Of a DNA stretch of 64,000 nucleotides, positions 28,616 to 37,949 are shown in pieces. Source of the DNA: Candidatus Nomurabacteria bacterium RIFCSPHIGHO2_01_FULL_37_25 (GTDB lineage: Bacteria; Patescibacteriota; Minisyncoccia; Phycocordibacterales; UBA9973); assembly GCA_001786765.1 (NCBI GenBank), contig MFTH01000013.1, forward strand, positions 19,974 through 83,973. Reading direction: 5' to 3'. Made by a program: the position numbers and the translations under genes. Numbering within the stretch: position 1 is the first letter of the stretch; every line of letters starts with the position of its first letter. The notes beneath the pieces are model-generated. The model had not been told where the DNA came from. It saw only the letters and a program-made list of their open reading frames with translations, and made no database searches.

Positions 28616-29146
28616 ATGGGAGGTTTAACAAAAAATAATATGAACAAAAATATAGGAATAGTTATTGGAATTATCGTACTTGTTGTGGCAGGAGGAGTTT
28701 ATATATCAATGAATAGTGAAAGTGACACAGCAATGATGCAAAAAAATAATGAAAATGCTGTTGAGTTATCTGCGCAAGATAAAGTAATGGCGGAAAAGAA
28801 GGAAGAGTTGCAAGACAAGGAAGTAATGATGAAAGCGGGTTCCTACGAAGCTTATGCGCCGGAAAAAGTGGCTTTAGCTTCTTCTACTCATGCTGTCGTT
28901 TTATTTTTCCGAGCAAGTTGGTGTCCGACTTGTAGAGCGGCAGACGCAGACATCAAAGCTAATCTCTCTAAAATTCCAGAAAGCCTCACAATCCTTGATG
29001 TAAATTATGATGATTCCGCCGCGCTCAAACAAAAGTATGGCGTTACTTATCAGCATACATTTACGCAAGTTGATAAAGATGGAAACCTAATCAAAAAGTG
29101 GAGCGGTAGTCCAACACTATCGGCACTTGTCGCAGAAGTAAAATAA
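28616..29146 (+). CDS. Membrane-anchored thioredoxin-fold protein (WCPTC active site)
   Basis: N-terminal TM helix. …VVLFFRASWCPTCRAADADI… has the CxxC motif. An alternative start exists at 28640. Confidence 0.75.
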   Translation: MGGLTKNNMNKNIGIVIGIIVLVVAGGVYISMNSESDTAMMQKNNENAVELSAQDKVMAEKKEELQDKEVMMKAGSYEAYAPEKVALASSTHAVVLFFRASWCPTCRAADADIKANLSKIPESLTILDVNYDDSAALKQKYGVTYQHTFTQVDKDGNLIKKWSGSPTLSALVAEVK

Positions 29147-29147
29147 T

Positions 29148-30938
29148 ATGTTGCTTTTATTCATTTCATTTATTGCGGGAGTTTTAACAATACTGGCTCC
29201 ATGTATATTACCCCTTCTTCCGGTGATTGTCGGGCATTCTATCACGGATACTACTCCAAGCAGAAGAAGACTTTTTGTGGTTGTGGCATCTCTCTCAATT
29301 TCAATTGTGCTTTTCACCCTTCTTCTCAAAGCAAGCTCTTTACTCATTAATATCCCGGAAGATTTTTGGAAATGGATTTCTGGCGGGATTATTTTTTTAT
29401 TCGGCCTAACTATGGTTTTTCCAAGTCTGTGGGAAAAGTTTTCCTTTGCAAATACTTTAAGTTTGAAATCAAATAAAGTTTTAACAAAAGGATATCAAAA
29501 GAATAGTATTTTTGGAGATATAATCATCGGCGCATCGCTCGGACCTATTTTTTCCGCTTGCAGTCCGACATATTTTGTTATCTTAGCAACGGTCTTACCC
29601 GTCTCACCTTTATTAGGAATTGTCTATCTCTTTGCTTATGTTTTAGGCTTGTCGCTTGCTCTTATTGTCATTGCTCTTTTAGGTGAACATATTATGGCAA
29701 AAGTCGGTAAAGTTTCAGATCCGAGAGGATGGTTCAAAAAGATATTTGGAATTATTTTCATTTTAGTCGCCATAGCTATCATTTCGGGATACGACAAAAA
29801 ACTTCAGATCAGTCTGCTTGACGCAGGATTTTTAGATGTAACCAAAATTGAACAAAAGCTGTTAGAAAAAAATGATAAAAAAAATGCAAGTATAAATATA
29901 AATGATACTTCAAACGCAAAAGAGAATGCTGAAATTCCTGACAAAATCAAGTCAAACAAAGAGTCATTCTTAAGCATTAAAGAAAAAAATAAAAAATATG
30001 TCCTTGCTCCTGAAATAAGCACTCCCGACGATTTCATAAACACCTCTCGACTAAACTCGGGGCAAGCAAGCCCCATAACCATAAGCGAATTTAAGGGTAA
30101 AAAGGTTGTGTTATTAGATATTTGGACATATAGCTGTATAAATTGCCAACGCACTATTCCATATCTAAACAAGTGGTATAAAGAATATGAAGACGAAGGG
30201 CTTGTTATCATCGGTCTCCACACCCCAGAATTTTCTTTTGAAAAAATCCAAAAGAATGTTGAGAAAGCTGTAAAAGATTTCGGTATAAAATATCCTGTGG
30301 TGTTGGATAATGATTTTTCTACTTGGCAAGCTTACAAGAATCAATACTGGCCTAGGAAATACCTGATAGACATAGATGGATATATCGTCTATGACCATGC
30401 TGGAGAAGGTCAATACGAAGAAACAGAAATTGCGATACAAAAAACTCTGAGAGAACGAGCAGATAGACTAGATATGAATGTAGAATTATCTTCAAATATA
30501 TCAAGTCCAGAAAATGTCGTATCTGTGGAATCTGGCAAGGTAAGAAGTCCAGAAATATATTTTGGGTCAGCGAGAAATGAATATTTTGCAAATGGAGTTA
30601 AGGGCCAAACGGGCGAACAAAATCTTTTGATTCCTTCCTCAATATCTCCAAATAAACTCTATCTTAATGGCACGTGGAACATAACTTCCGAATACGCTGA
30701 AAGCAAAAATGCGGGAAGTATTATTTTTAATTATGAAGCCAAAAATGTCTATATGGCAGCCGGATCACCTGAAGGGGTGGAAATAGAAATTTATAAAGAT
30801 GATGTGTTTGTAAAAAAGATAACTATTAAAGACGAAACGCTTTACACACTCATACAAGATACAGATTATGGAAAGCATGTTTTGCGTATAGTGATACCTA
30901 AAGCAGGCTTACAAGCTTTTACATTTACTTTCGGGTGA
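29148..30938 (+). CDS. DipZ-like protein: CcdA/DsbD membrane domain plus a redoxin (CxxC) domain plus a C-terminal beta-sandwich domain
   Basis: The N-terminal CcdA-type TM region has paired Cys (…LAPCILPLLPV…; …FSACSPTYF…). A TlpA-like domain follows (VVLLDIWTYSCINCQRTIPYL), then a roughly 200-aa C-terminal domain. The architecture is that of mycobacterial DipZ. Confidence 0.7.
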   Translation: MLLLFISFIAGVLTILAPCILPLLPVIVGHSITDTTPSRRRLFVVVASLSISIVLFTLLLKASSLLINIPEDFWKWISGGIIFLFGLTMVFPSLWEKFSFANTLSLKSNKVLTKGYQKNSIFGDIIIGASLGPIFSACSPTYFVILATVLPVSPLLGIVYLFAYVLGLSLALIVIALLGEHIMAKVGKVSDPRGWFKKIFGIIFILVAIAIISGYDKKLQISLLDAGFLDVTKIEQKLLEKNDKKNASININDTSNAKENAEIPDKIKSNKESFLSIKEKNKKYVLAPEISTPDDFINTSRLNSGQASPITISEFKGKKVVLLDIWTYSCINCQRTIPYLNKWYKEYEDEGLVIIGLHTPEFSFEKIQKNVEKAVKDFGIKYPVVLDNDFSTWQAYKNQYWPRKYLIDIDGYIVYDHAGEGQYEETEIAIQKTLRERADRLDMNVELSSNISSPENVVSVESGKVRSPEIYFGSARNEYFANGVKGQTGEQNLLIPSSISPNKLYLNGTWNITSEYAESKNAGSIIFNYEAKNVYMAAGSPEGVEIEIYKDDVFVKKITIKDETLYTLIQDTDYGKHVLRIVIPKAGLQAFTFTFG

Positions 30939-31019
30939 ATTCCCCCTCTTTCGTTTTTAGTTACGAAAAAAAGAGGCTACGAGATTTCTCCCGCAACCCC
31001 TATTATGCCGTCTCGCCTA

Positions 31020-31307
31020 CTAGAAGTACGAGTCGGCAGTGAAATGGTAGCCACAGCAAAGGCAGAGTGCAAGGTGGTAGTTCGTAACATGATCTTCCAC
31101 TCTCCCGCATTTTTTGCAGTATTTAGTCTGCACTTCTTTACTCCTCGCCATCGGCTTTCCACAACACCTAGTAATCCAGTATGTCTTCTTACCGAAGATC
31201 CCTGGGTTTGGCTCCATACGCTTCTCGCCCAGGACATCCCACTCGGGCCCATGGTCAAGACACTGACCGTGTAGACACTTCTGATATACAGAATTGTTAT
31301 AGTCCAT
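31020..31307 (-). CDS. Small Cys-rich protein (95 aa, 9 Cys) in a roughly 380-bp GC-rich patch; alternative reading is a structured ncRNA
   Basis: Strong RBS AAAGGAGG 6 nt before the ATG. A hairpin plus T7 run lies after the TAG stop. An upstream hairpin and a -10-like box are present. Local GC is about 50%, and ORFs occur on all frames in this patch. Confidence 0.4.
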   Translation of the reverse strand: MDYNNSVYQKCLHGQCLDHGPEWDVLGEKRMEPNPGIFGKKTYWITRCCGKPMARSKEVQTKYCKKCGRVEDHVTNYHLALCLCCGYHFTADSYF

Positions 31308-31589
31308 AACAATCCTCCTTTCTGGCCACCTGTTTTCTTAGGTGCCAATTACTATAATACACAAAAATAAGTAAATGTTAAGGTCCCGAATGAAAACAAA
31401 AATCAGCATCTCTGCTGTTTCTTATTTCAACTTTTGCGGACTCAGAGATTAAAAAATTTTCTTTTCGCAATTATACCTGAATAATTAAAAAACTTTGTGG
31501 TTTCGACTGTTTATAGCTTTAAATTTGAATTCAAACTTATGGTAGACTCGTATCTTGTTTACACTGAGCGAGTGTAACGAGTCGAAGTG

Positions 31590-31662
31590 TGCGCCCGGTT
31601 GGGATCGAACCAACGACCTTATCCTTAAAAGGGATCTGCTCTACCGACTGAGCTACGGGCGC
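31590..31662 (-). tRNA. tRNA-Lys (anticodon TTT), CCA not encoded
   Basis: Reverse complement GCGCCCG-TA-GCTC-AGTCGGTA-GAGC-A-GATCC-CUUUUAA-GGATA-AGGTC-GTTGG-TTCGATC-CCAAC-CGGGCGC-A folds as a clean cloverleaf. Confidence 0.85.
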
Positions 31663-31733
31663 GTATTATTTATTCGTAAAAAATAACTTATGAATATAAA
31701 ATATATATGAAATAAGCCTAAAAATCAAGGTAT

Positions 31734-32420
31734 TTAAAAAGCTTTTAGTAAAAATTGCTCAAAGAGGCTCTCAGCATCACGACCTTCCTTGCGAGCTTTT
31801 GGTAAAAGATAAGAAAGACGAGAAGCGAAATCCTTAAGTTCAGGCTCGGAAAATTTACTAAAATTTTTTGTTATCAACATATTCTTAATTTTCCAAAAAA
31901 GAACCCCAATAAGCTCTTCCATTCCGACTCCCCTGTCCATCGCTTCTCGAAAACAAATCCACGTATTCAACTTGTCTTTTCTGCTAAAAGCATTGGCTAC
32001 TAAAAAATTATCATATTTTTCTTTCTTTTCTTTTGGTAATTCAAAAATATTTATAGCAGATACGCTCTCTGTTCTAACAGACAGAACTTTCTTGAAAGCA
32101 TCCAATATAGGTTTATTTAATTTACCTTCCAGAAATATAAAAGAATTAGTCGATTCTTCCATTAACTTTAACTTGTCTAAAATAAAATTTCTTATTTCTT
32201 CGTACTCAAAAACGTTTTGAAAAATCACTGCGGATTTTGTGGAAAAAAGACTAGAACCAGAATAAAAACTCTCTATAATAATAGGGTCAAAATCATTTCG
32301 ATTTATAAAAAAAAGTCCTGTGTCTTTCGAAATCCCAGTCCGCGCAGACAAGGATTTTATGAATTTTTCATAAGAGAGAAGTTTGTTTTTTGTGTCATCC
32401 CCCGAAAAAAGATATATCAT
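31734..32420 (-). CDS. holA: DNA polymerase III delta subunit
   Basis: N-terminus MIYLFSGDD…LSYEKFIK and C-terminal helical region (…LIGVLFWKIKNML…) match HolA. 228 aa (short form). Confidence 0.6.
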   Translation of the reverse strand: MIYLFSGDDTKNKLLSYEKFIKSLSARTGISKDTGLFFINRNDFDPIIIESFYSGSSLFSTKSAVIFQNVFEYEEIRNFILDKLKLMEESTNSFIFLEGKLNKPILDAFKKVLSVRTESVSAINIFELPKEKKEKYDNFLVANAFSRKDKLNTWICFREAMDRGVGMEELIGVLFWKIKNMLITKNFSKFSEPELKDFASRLSYLLPKARKEGRDAESLFEQFLLKAF

Positions 32421-32426
32421 ATTTAA

Positions 32427-32903
32427 TTAAAACTTGAATAATTTTTTATATTCCATATAAGCTATGCCGTATTTATTTATCAGAATTCTGTCGTGCTTAT
32501 CGATAAATATAAATTTAGAAATGAAAAAAGAAATAATAGTAAACAAAATTACAAAAAAAGAATTAGTTATAATGCCGAAACCAAGAATCAAGAAAAAGAG
32601 CCCCCATTGGGTAGGAATCCGGGTGTAATAATATGGTCCACGACGAAAATGTTCTGCTTTTACTTCTCCTATTTTCCTTAATTCTCGGCCAGTTTTTTGC
32701 GCCCATAATATAATAATAGTAGCTAATATTAAAAAAAGGAAACCGACTGGTATCATGGTAGAATTTGAAAAAACAGTATAATCAAAAAAAAGGTCCAGAC
32801 AAATACCAACTAAAAGTAAAACAAAGTAAATAGTATATGAATGCGCCAAAACCTTATGCACATTATGTTTATTATTGGTTTCCACTTTTTTATTATACCA
32901 CAA
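32427..32903 (-). CDS. Hypothetical polytopic membrane protein
   Basis: Four predicted TM helices. No motif. Confidence 0.4.
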   Translation of the reverse strand: MWYNKKVETNNKHNVHKVLAHSYTIYFVLLLVGICLDLFFDYTVFSNSTMIPVGFLFLILATIIILWAQKTGRELRKIGEVKAEHFRRGPYYYTRIPTQWGLFFLILGFGIITNSFFVILFTIISFFISKFIFIDKHDRILINKYGIAYMEYKKLFKF

Positions 32904-33032
32904 ATCACAAAACTCATAAAAATATCAACTTTCTTCCGGTACGGATTTTTTGAAGCTTAAAAAATCCTGAAGTTCTCGGCTCGACAGCCTCGAAACCCCT
33001 GCAGAAAGTTATATTTTTAGGGTTTTGTGATT
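32903..33032. repeat. Nested-hairpin repeat element, copy 2 (A-type arms, inverted orientation)
   Basis: The reverse complement carries aatcacaaaaccctaaaaatataactttctgcaGGGGTTTCGAGGCTGTCGAGCCGAGAACTTCAGGATTTTTTAAGCTTCaAAAAATCCGTACCggaagaaagttgatattt. Lies between the polA stop and the next gene start. Confidence 0.8.
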
Positions 33033-33037
33033 CACGA

Positions 33038-35470
33038 TTATTTAACTTCTCCGAAATTGTTACCAAAACCAGAATGCACTTCGAGAGGAATGTCGGTTTT
33101 ATAATGTAAATATGATCTCTCTAGCACACCGTTCATAGCGTTTTTTATTATTTTATCAGCTTTTGACAATACACTTTCTTCTATTTCATAAACTAATTCA
33201 TCATGAATTTGAAGCACAAGATGAACTTTATCTAAAATTCCCGCCTTTTTAATATCCTCTTCTATATACCTTATGGCAAGCTTGATAATGTCAGCCGTGG
33301 CAGTACCTTGAATCGGCGCATTAGTGGCAGTACGTTCTGCCATATTTTTCAAAAATGGAATTTTAGAATTTATATTTGGGAAATATCTGCGTCTGCCAAA
33401 TAAAGTCTCAGTAAAAGATTTTTCTCTCGCAAATTTCTTTACTTCTTCTAAGTAATTTCGCACTCCCGAGAATTGATTGAAATAATTATCATAAAACTTT
33501 TGCGCTTCCTCGCGTGTATTTTCCCGTCCTCCAGCGTGGCCTCCGAGGTTTTTCCGCAGGGCTGTTACCCCCATACCATAAATTATGCCGAAGTTTATCA
33601 CTTTCGCTTTACGACGCATTTCGCTGTCTACTTTTTCTATCGGCACACCGAAAACGAAAGACGCTACGCCAGCATGCGGGTCTTTTTTCTCACGAAAAAT
33701 CTGCGTCATTTTTTTATCATTAGAGAGCATCGCCGCCACCCGGAGCTCGATCTGGCTGTAATCAAAAGCGCAAAGCTTGTAACCTTTTTGCGCCACAAAA
33801 CCATTTCGAATTCTTTTACCCAATTCTGTCTTTATTGGTAAATTTTGCAAATTTGGATCTTGAGAAGAAAATCTTCCTGTTGTTGAACCATTTTGTAAGA
33901 ATTTTGCATGTAATCTATTGTCAACACCAACCATTTTTGGAATCACATCAATATAAGTAGAGAGTAATTTTTGTAATTCCCTATAAGCAAGTATTTCTTT
34001 TACTATCGGGTTTGTTTCTTCTAATTCTTCTAAAACTGAAACCTTAGTGGAAAAAGAACCGGTAGCATTTTTCTTTTTACCAGACTTCATGCCCATCTTG
34101 CCAAAAAGCACTTCGCTCATTTGTTTGGGTGAGTTGATGTTAAACTCAGTACCTGCCATTTTATAAATTTTATATGTTAATTTATCTAATTCTTTATGAT
34201 ACTCTTGTGAGAGTTTCTCAAAATATTTTTTGTCTATTAAAATTCCATAATCCTCCATCTCTTTTACTATATGCATTATTGGACGTTCTATTTCTTCAAA
34301 AACTTTATCTAGTTTGTCATCCTTTAACTTTTTGAAAATATAAGTGTAAGCAACATCAAATGAATCAGTATTGGCAAACATTAAAATATCTTCTAGTTTT
34401 GGATTTGAAATATCAGAATTTATAAGCCAAAGAGCAATGCTGGCTTCTTGAAGCTTTTGAAGCGAAATTGATTCCTTATTTCCCTCCTGCACCTCACCCG
34501 GCCTTTCGGCCACCCTCTCCTTAGTAAGGAGAGGGGCTGGGGGTGAGGTCTTCTTTTCTCCAAAAAAGCTTTTCAGCCTTGCAAACAAAGAGCGGAATTC
34601 AAAAAGCTGAAAAATTTGTTCTATTTTTTTTAAATCCGCATTTTCCCAAAAAGTTTTTGCAGGCAGAATAAAATTTATCGTTGCGTCTGTCCGAATAGTC
34701 GCCAAAGTTTTAGAAAAAAGCGCTTCTTCTTCATTATTTTTCAAAAGTTCTATTACCCTAGGACTAAAACCAGCTTTTATAAAAGACTCCTCGTCTTTCT
34801 TAATTTTTTTATAAATTTCTTCAACCGCGCCGAAATTTAAAATTAAACTCGCCGCTGTTTTTTCGCCAATTCCTTTGATGCCAATAATATTATCCGACGG
34901 GTCGCCCCGGAGTCCTTTGTAGTCCGGCAAAAATTTCGGCCCGAAACCAAACCGCTCCACAACTTTATTTTCGTCATATAAAATAGTGTCATTGATTCCC
35001 TTCTTCAGGGTGTACACTTGAACTTTTTTGTCATTTATCAATTGCATAGTATCCATATCACCCGAAGCAATGATGATTTTTAAATCATTATTCTGTTTGT
35101 ATTTAGAAACAATTGTTCCGAGCACATCATCTGCCTCAAAGCCTAGAGCGTCATAAATAGGCACATTGAAAGCTTCAAAAATCTGGCGAGATTTTTTTAA
35201 TTGCATAACCAAAGCTTCATCAGTCTTGGCTCGACCAGCCTTGTAAGCGTCATACGCTTCGTGCCGAAAAGTCTTGCCGGGCAAATCATAACAAGCAACA
35301 ATATAATCCGGCTTCAAGTCATCTATAATCTTCATTAGCATTGTGGAAAGACCATACAATGCTCCAGTAGGTTCACCTTTAGATGATAAAAATTCCGGCA
35401 AGGCATGATAAGCGCGATGTATTATTGCATGAGCATCTAGTAATACGAGAGTTTTAGTATCTTTGGACAT
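33038..35470 (-). CDS. polA: DNA polymerase I (5'-3' exonuclease plus polymerase; no obvious 3'-5' exo motifs)
   Basis: N-terminal 5' nuclease (LVLLDAHAIIHRAYHALP…), HhH, and a polymerase domain with DYSQIELR and …QIHDELV… motifs. Contains an in-frame low-complexity insert encoded by a GC-rich palindrome (next feature). Confidence 0.9.
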   Translation of the reverse strand: MSKDTKTLVLLDAHAIIHRAYHALPEFLSSKGEPTGALYGLSTMLMKIIDDLKPDYIVACYDLPGKTFRHEAYDAYKAGRAKTDEALVMQLKKSRQIFEAFNVPIYDALGFEADDVLGTIVSKYKQNNDLKIIIASGDMDTMQLINDKKVQVYTLKKGINDTILYDENKVVERFGFGPKFLPDYKGLRGDPSDNIIGIKGIGEKTAASLILNFGAVEEIYKKIKKDEESFIKAGFSPRVIELLKNNEEEALFSKTLATIRTDATINFILPAKTFWENADLKKIEQIFQLFEFRSLFARLKSFFGEKKTSPPAPLLTKERVAERPGEVQEGNKESISLQKLQEASIALWLINSDISNPKLEDILMFANTDSFDVAYTYIFKKLKDDKLDKVFEEIERPIMHIVKEMEDYGILIDKKYFEKLSQEYHKELDKLTYKIYKMAGTEFNINSPKQMSEVLFGKMGMKSGKKKNATGSFSTKVSVLEELEETNPIVKEILAYRELQKLLSTYIDVIPKMVGVDNRLHAKFLQNGSTTGRFSSQDPNLQNLPIKTELGKRIRNGFVAQKGYKLCAFDYSQIELRVAAMLSNDKKMTQIFREKKDPHAGVASFVFGVPIEKVDSEMRRKAKVINFGIIYGMGVTALRKNLGGHAGGRENTREEAQKFYDNYFNQFSGVRNYLEEVKKFAREKSFTETLFGRRRYFPNINSKIPFLKNMAERTATNAPIQGTATADIIKLAIRYIEEDIKKAGILDKVHLVLQIHDELVYEIEESVLSKADKIIKNAMNGVLERSYLHYKTDIPLEVHSGFGNNFGEVK
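34492..34549. repeat. 58-bp GC-rich nested palindrome inserted in-frame in polA (copy A)
   Basis: cctcacccggcctttcggccaccctctccttagtaaggagaggggctgggggtgaggt. A near-identical copy lies intergenically at 59677-59734. It encodes the …SPPAPLLTKERVAERPGEVQ… linker of PolA. Confidence 0.8.
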
Positions 35471-35472
35471 TA

Positions 35473-35547
35473 CGAAATTATAACAATAAACGAGGAGTAT
35501 AAACAAATTTGTTTATTTACTGTTTGAGAGTTTCGTAATTTACGATT
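35473..35547. repeat. Core-less remnant of the B-type repeat arms (cattacgaaatt … agagtttcgtaatttacgat)
   Basis: Inverted arm-like sequences matching the arms of copies 3 and 4 but lacking the conserved core, in the polA/pilB divergent spacer. Confidence 0.45.
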
Positions 35548-35589
35548 ATGTGGTAATCCATATAACTTTAATATATACTTTATACATAA

Positions 35590-37287
35590 ATGGCAACTTT
35601 TGATGAAGAAAAACAAAATAAACAACTGGATGATTTGTATAAAAAAGAAGAAGAACAGCTTGTGGCAAGCTTGGCAGAATCAAAATACAATCTTCCTTAT
35701 ATTGATTTATATCGTCTAGGCATAGACAATGAAGCTTTAAGAAGCATACCGGAAGCCGAGGCTAGAGAAATGAAAGTCGCGCCTTTTAAGCTTTTTGGAG
35801 AAAATATTTTCATCGCTGTTCGTTCGCCTTCGGATAATTTATTTAAAAAGTTAAAAGATGAAATGGAAAGACATAGCTTGAAACCTACTTTTTATATGGT
35901 ATCTAACGCAAGCTTAAATAAAGTCTGGGATAGATATAAAGAAATCTCACTGGCTGAAAGTTCCCAAGTTGGCGGACTGGACATATCTTCTGAAGTTTTA
36001 AGAGAGACAGCAAAAAAAATTGAATACTTACAAGATATTTCAAAGCTAATAACAGAAGCGTTGGAAGGAAATAAAATTCATAAAATTTCTCACCTCCTTG
36101 AAATAATTCTGGCTGGCGCCATAGCTATTAAAGCTTCAGATATACACATAGAACCAGAAAAAGACAGAGGACGATTGCGCTTGCGTCTGGACGGTGTGCT
36201 CCAAGATACAAATTTCTTTGGACTGGATATATATCGTCTGCTTAATTCACGCATCAAGCTTCTCTCTGGAATGAAGTTAATTTCAAAAATTGCGCAAGAT
36301 GGACGTTTTAGCATTATGGAAGGAAAAGAAGAAATAAACGTTCGTACTTCTCTGATTCCCGGAGCATATGGTGAATCAATTGTTATGCGTATCTTGGACA
36401 CAAAATCCATTCAAGTGCAACTGGGGGAATTAGGAATAGAATCCTATCTTTTTTCTGTGATACAACAAGAAATTACCAAACCAAATGGTTTAATTTTAGT
36501 CACCGGTCCAACCGGATCAGGAAAAACAACCACTCTTTACGCTTTCTTGCGAAAAATTTATTCTCCAGATATAAAAATAATAACCATTGAGGACCCAATA
36601 GAATATCATTTACCCGGTATAACTCAAACTCAAGTAAACGACGCAAAAGGTTATACTTTTTTGGAAGGGTTAAGTTCAGCCTTGCGTCAAGACCCAGATG
36701 TGATAATGGTGGGTGAAATACGTGATGCAGAAACAGCTGAAGTTGCCGTGCAAGCGTCACTCACTGGTCATATAGTTTTTTCAACTCTTCATACTAACAA
36801 TGCCGCCGGTGTTATACCGCGTCTGATTGATCTTAAAGTAAATCCAAAGATTTTGGTATCAGCTTTAACGCTTTCTTTAGCCCAGCGTTTAGTGCGCAAA
36901 CTCTGCTTAATTTGTAAAAAAGAATACATTCCTACAGAAAAAGAAAATCAAACAATAAAATTAATTATGGATGGTATCAAAGAAGAGGGCAAAAACTTTG
37001 CAGATTATAAAATAAATCCGGATATGCCTATAAAAATCTTCTCAGCGACAGGTTGCGAAAAATGCAACTCGACCGGATATAAAGGGCAAATTGGTATTTT
37101 TGAAGCAATAAAAACTGACGAAAGTATAGAAAAAATAATTCCAGAAAATCCAAGCGAACGAGAAATTAAAAAATTAGCAAGCAAGCAAGGGATACTTTCT
37201 ATGCGACAAGATGGCATTGTAAAAATCTTAAACGGCATCACCTCATTAGAAGAAGTGCAGAGTGTAGTTAATTTGAATGAGGAATAA
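35590..37287 (+). CDS. pilB: Type II secretion / type IV pilus assembly ATPase (GspE/PilB family)
   Basis: N-terminal T2SSE_N-like region. Walker A GPTGSGKTTTLYA, Asp box, Walker B, His box. C-terminal tetracysteine motif (CLICKK…CEKCNSTGY). Confidence 0.9.
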   Translation: MATFDEEKQNKQLDDLYKKEEEQLVASLAESKYNLPYIDLYRLGIDNEALRSIPEAEAREMKVAPFKLFGENIFIAVRSPSDNLFKKLKDEMERHSLKPTFYMVSNASLNKVWDRYKEISLAESSQVGGLDISSEVLRETAKKIEYLQDISKLITEALEGNKIHKISHLLEIILAGAIAIKASDIHIEPEKDRGRLRLRLDGVLQDTNFFGLDIYRLLNSRIKLLSGMKLISKIAQDGRFSIMEGKEEINVRTSLIPGAYGESIVMRILDTKSIQVQLGELGIESYLFSVIQQEITKPNGLILVTGPTGSGKTTTLYAFLRKIYSPDIKIITIEDPIEYHLPGITQTQVNDAKGYTFLEGLSSALRQDPDVIMVGEIRDAETAEVAVQASLTGHIVFSTLHTNNAAGVIPRLIDLKVNPKILVSALTLSLAQRLVRKLCLICKKEYIPTEKENQTIKLIMDGIKEEGKNFADYKINPDMPIKIFSATGCEKCNSTGYKGQIGIFEAIKTDESIEKIIPENPSEREIKKLASKQGILSMRQDGIVKILNGITSLEEVQSVVNLNEE

Positions 37288-37385
37288 AAATTGTAAAACT
37301 TCACGCTATAGCGTATTTATAGACAATAATTTTTCATTCTAAAATTCCCTTAAAAACAAATACGGCTGTTGCTTTGTTTTGTTGT

Positions 37386-37853
37386 TCATGTTTTAGGTAG
37401 ATACAATGATTCCAGAATATCGTAACGGCTCACCACGCCAACTACTTCTCTTTTCTTATTAATAACAGGAATAGGGTTTACTCTATGATGATCTCGAAAG
37501 GCAATAACCGCTTCTTCAAAAGTGGCGTCCTCATCAAGGGTAAGGGGTTCAGAATTCATGACATCGCTCACTCGCAGAGAGGCTATTTCTTCAAATGTCT
37601 CTTTGAATGTTGCTTTGTCTTTGTTGTATACTTTCACATCTTGTAGAACAATTTGCAAAGTCGGCAGATGCACGGCTGATCCTTTGCTAATTAAATCATA
37701 TTCAGTAAGAATTCCTACCAACTTATTATTCTTATCTACAACCGGCATACCATCAAAACTATGCTCGGCAAGTATCCGCGCGACTTCAATGAGTGGTGTA
37801 TCAAGAGAAACCGATACTACTTCTTCGATCATTATATTTTTTACAGAATTCAT
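37386..37853 (-). CDS. CBS-domain pair protein
   Basis: Two CBS motifs (…MIEEVVSVSLDTPLIEVARILAEHSFDGMPVVD…; …VSDVMNSEPLTLDEDATFEEAVIAFRDH…). Confidence 0.8.
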   Translation of the reverse strand: MNSVKNIMIEEVVSVSLDTPLIEVARILAEHSFDGMPVVDKNNKLVGILTEYDLISKGSAVHLPTLQIVLQDVKVYNKDKATFKETFEEIASLRVSDVMNSEPLTLDEDATFEEAVIAFRDHHRVNPIPVINKKREVVGVVSRYDILESLYLPKT

Positions 37854-37949
37854 ATCATTTTTTTATTTTAATCTACTCCGGACAAGTATGCAGCGTAGTA
37901 AGAATCAAACAAAAGCAATCGCGGATGATTTTTGGAGCGGGGAAGATTT

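Noticed and set aside
30977-31348. ORFs 30977-31348 (-) and 31005-31274 (+), overlapping the Cys-rich ORF
   Set aside because: They have no RBS and low-complexity translations, and they overlap a better-supported ORF. They are likely artefacts of GC-rich sequence.
30960-31360. RNase P RNA, tmRNA or SRP RNA identity for the GC-rich patch
   Set aside because: I could not find GGAAAGUCCGGGC or ACAGAAnCCGGCUUA (RNase P), a tRNA-like 3' end with a tag ORF (tmRNA), or the GGAAGCAGCC domain IV motif (SRP) on either strand. It is left as an open alternative rather than called.
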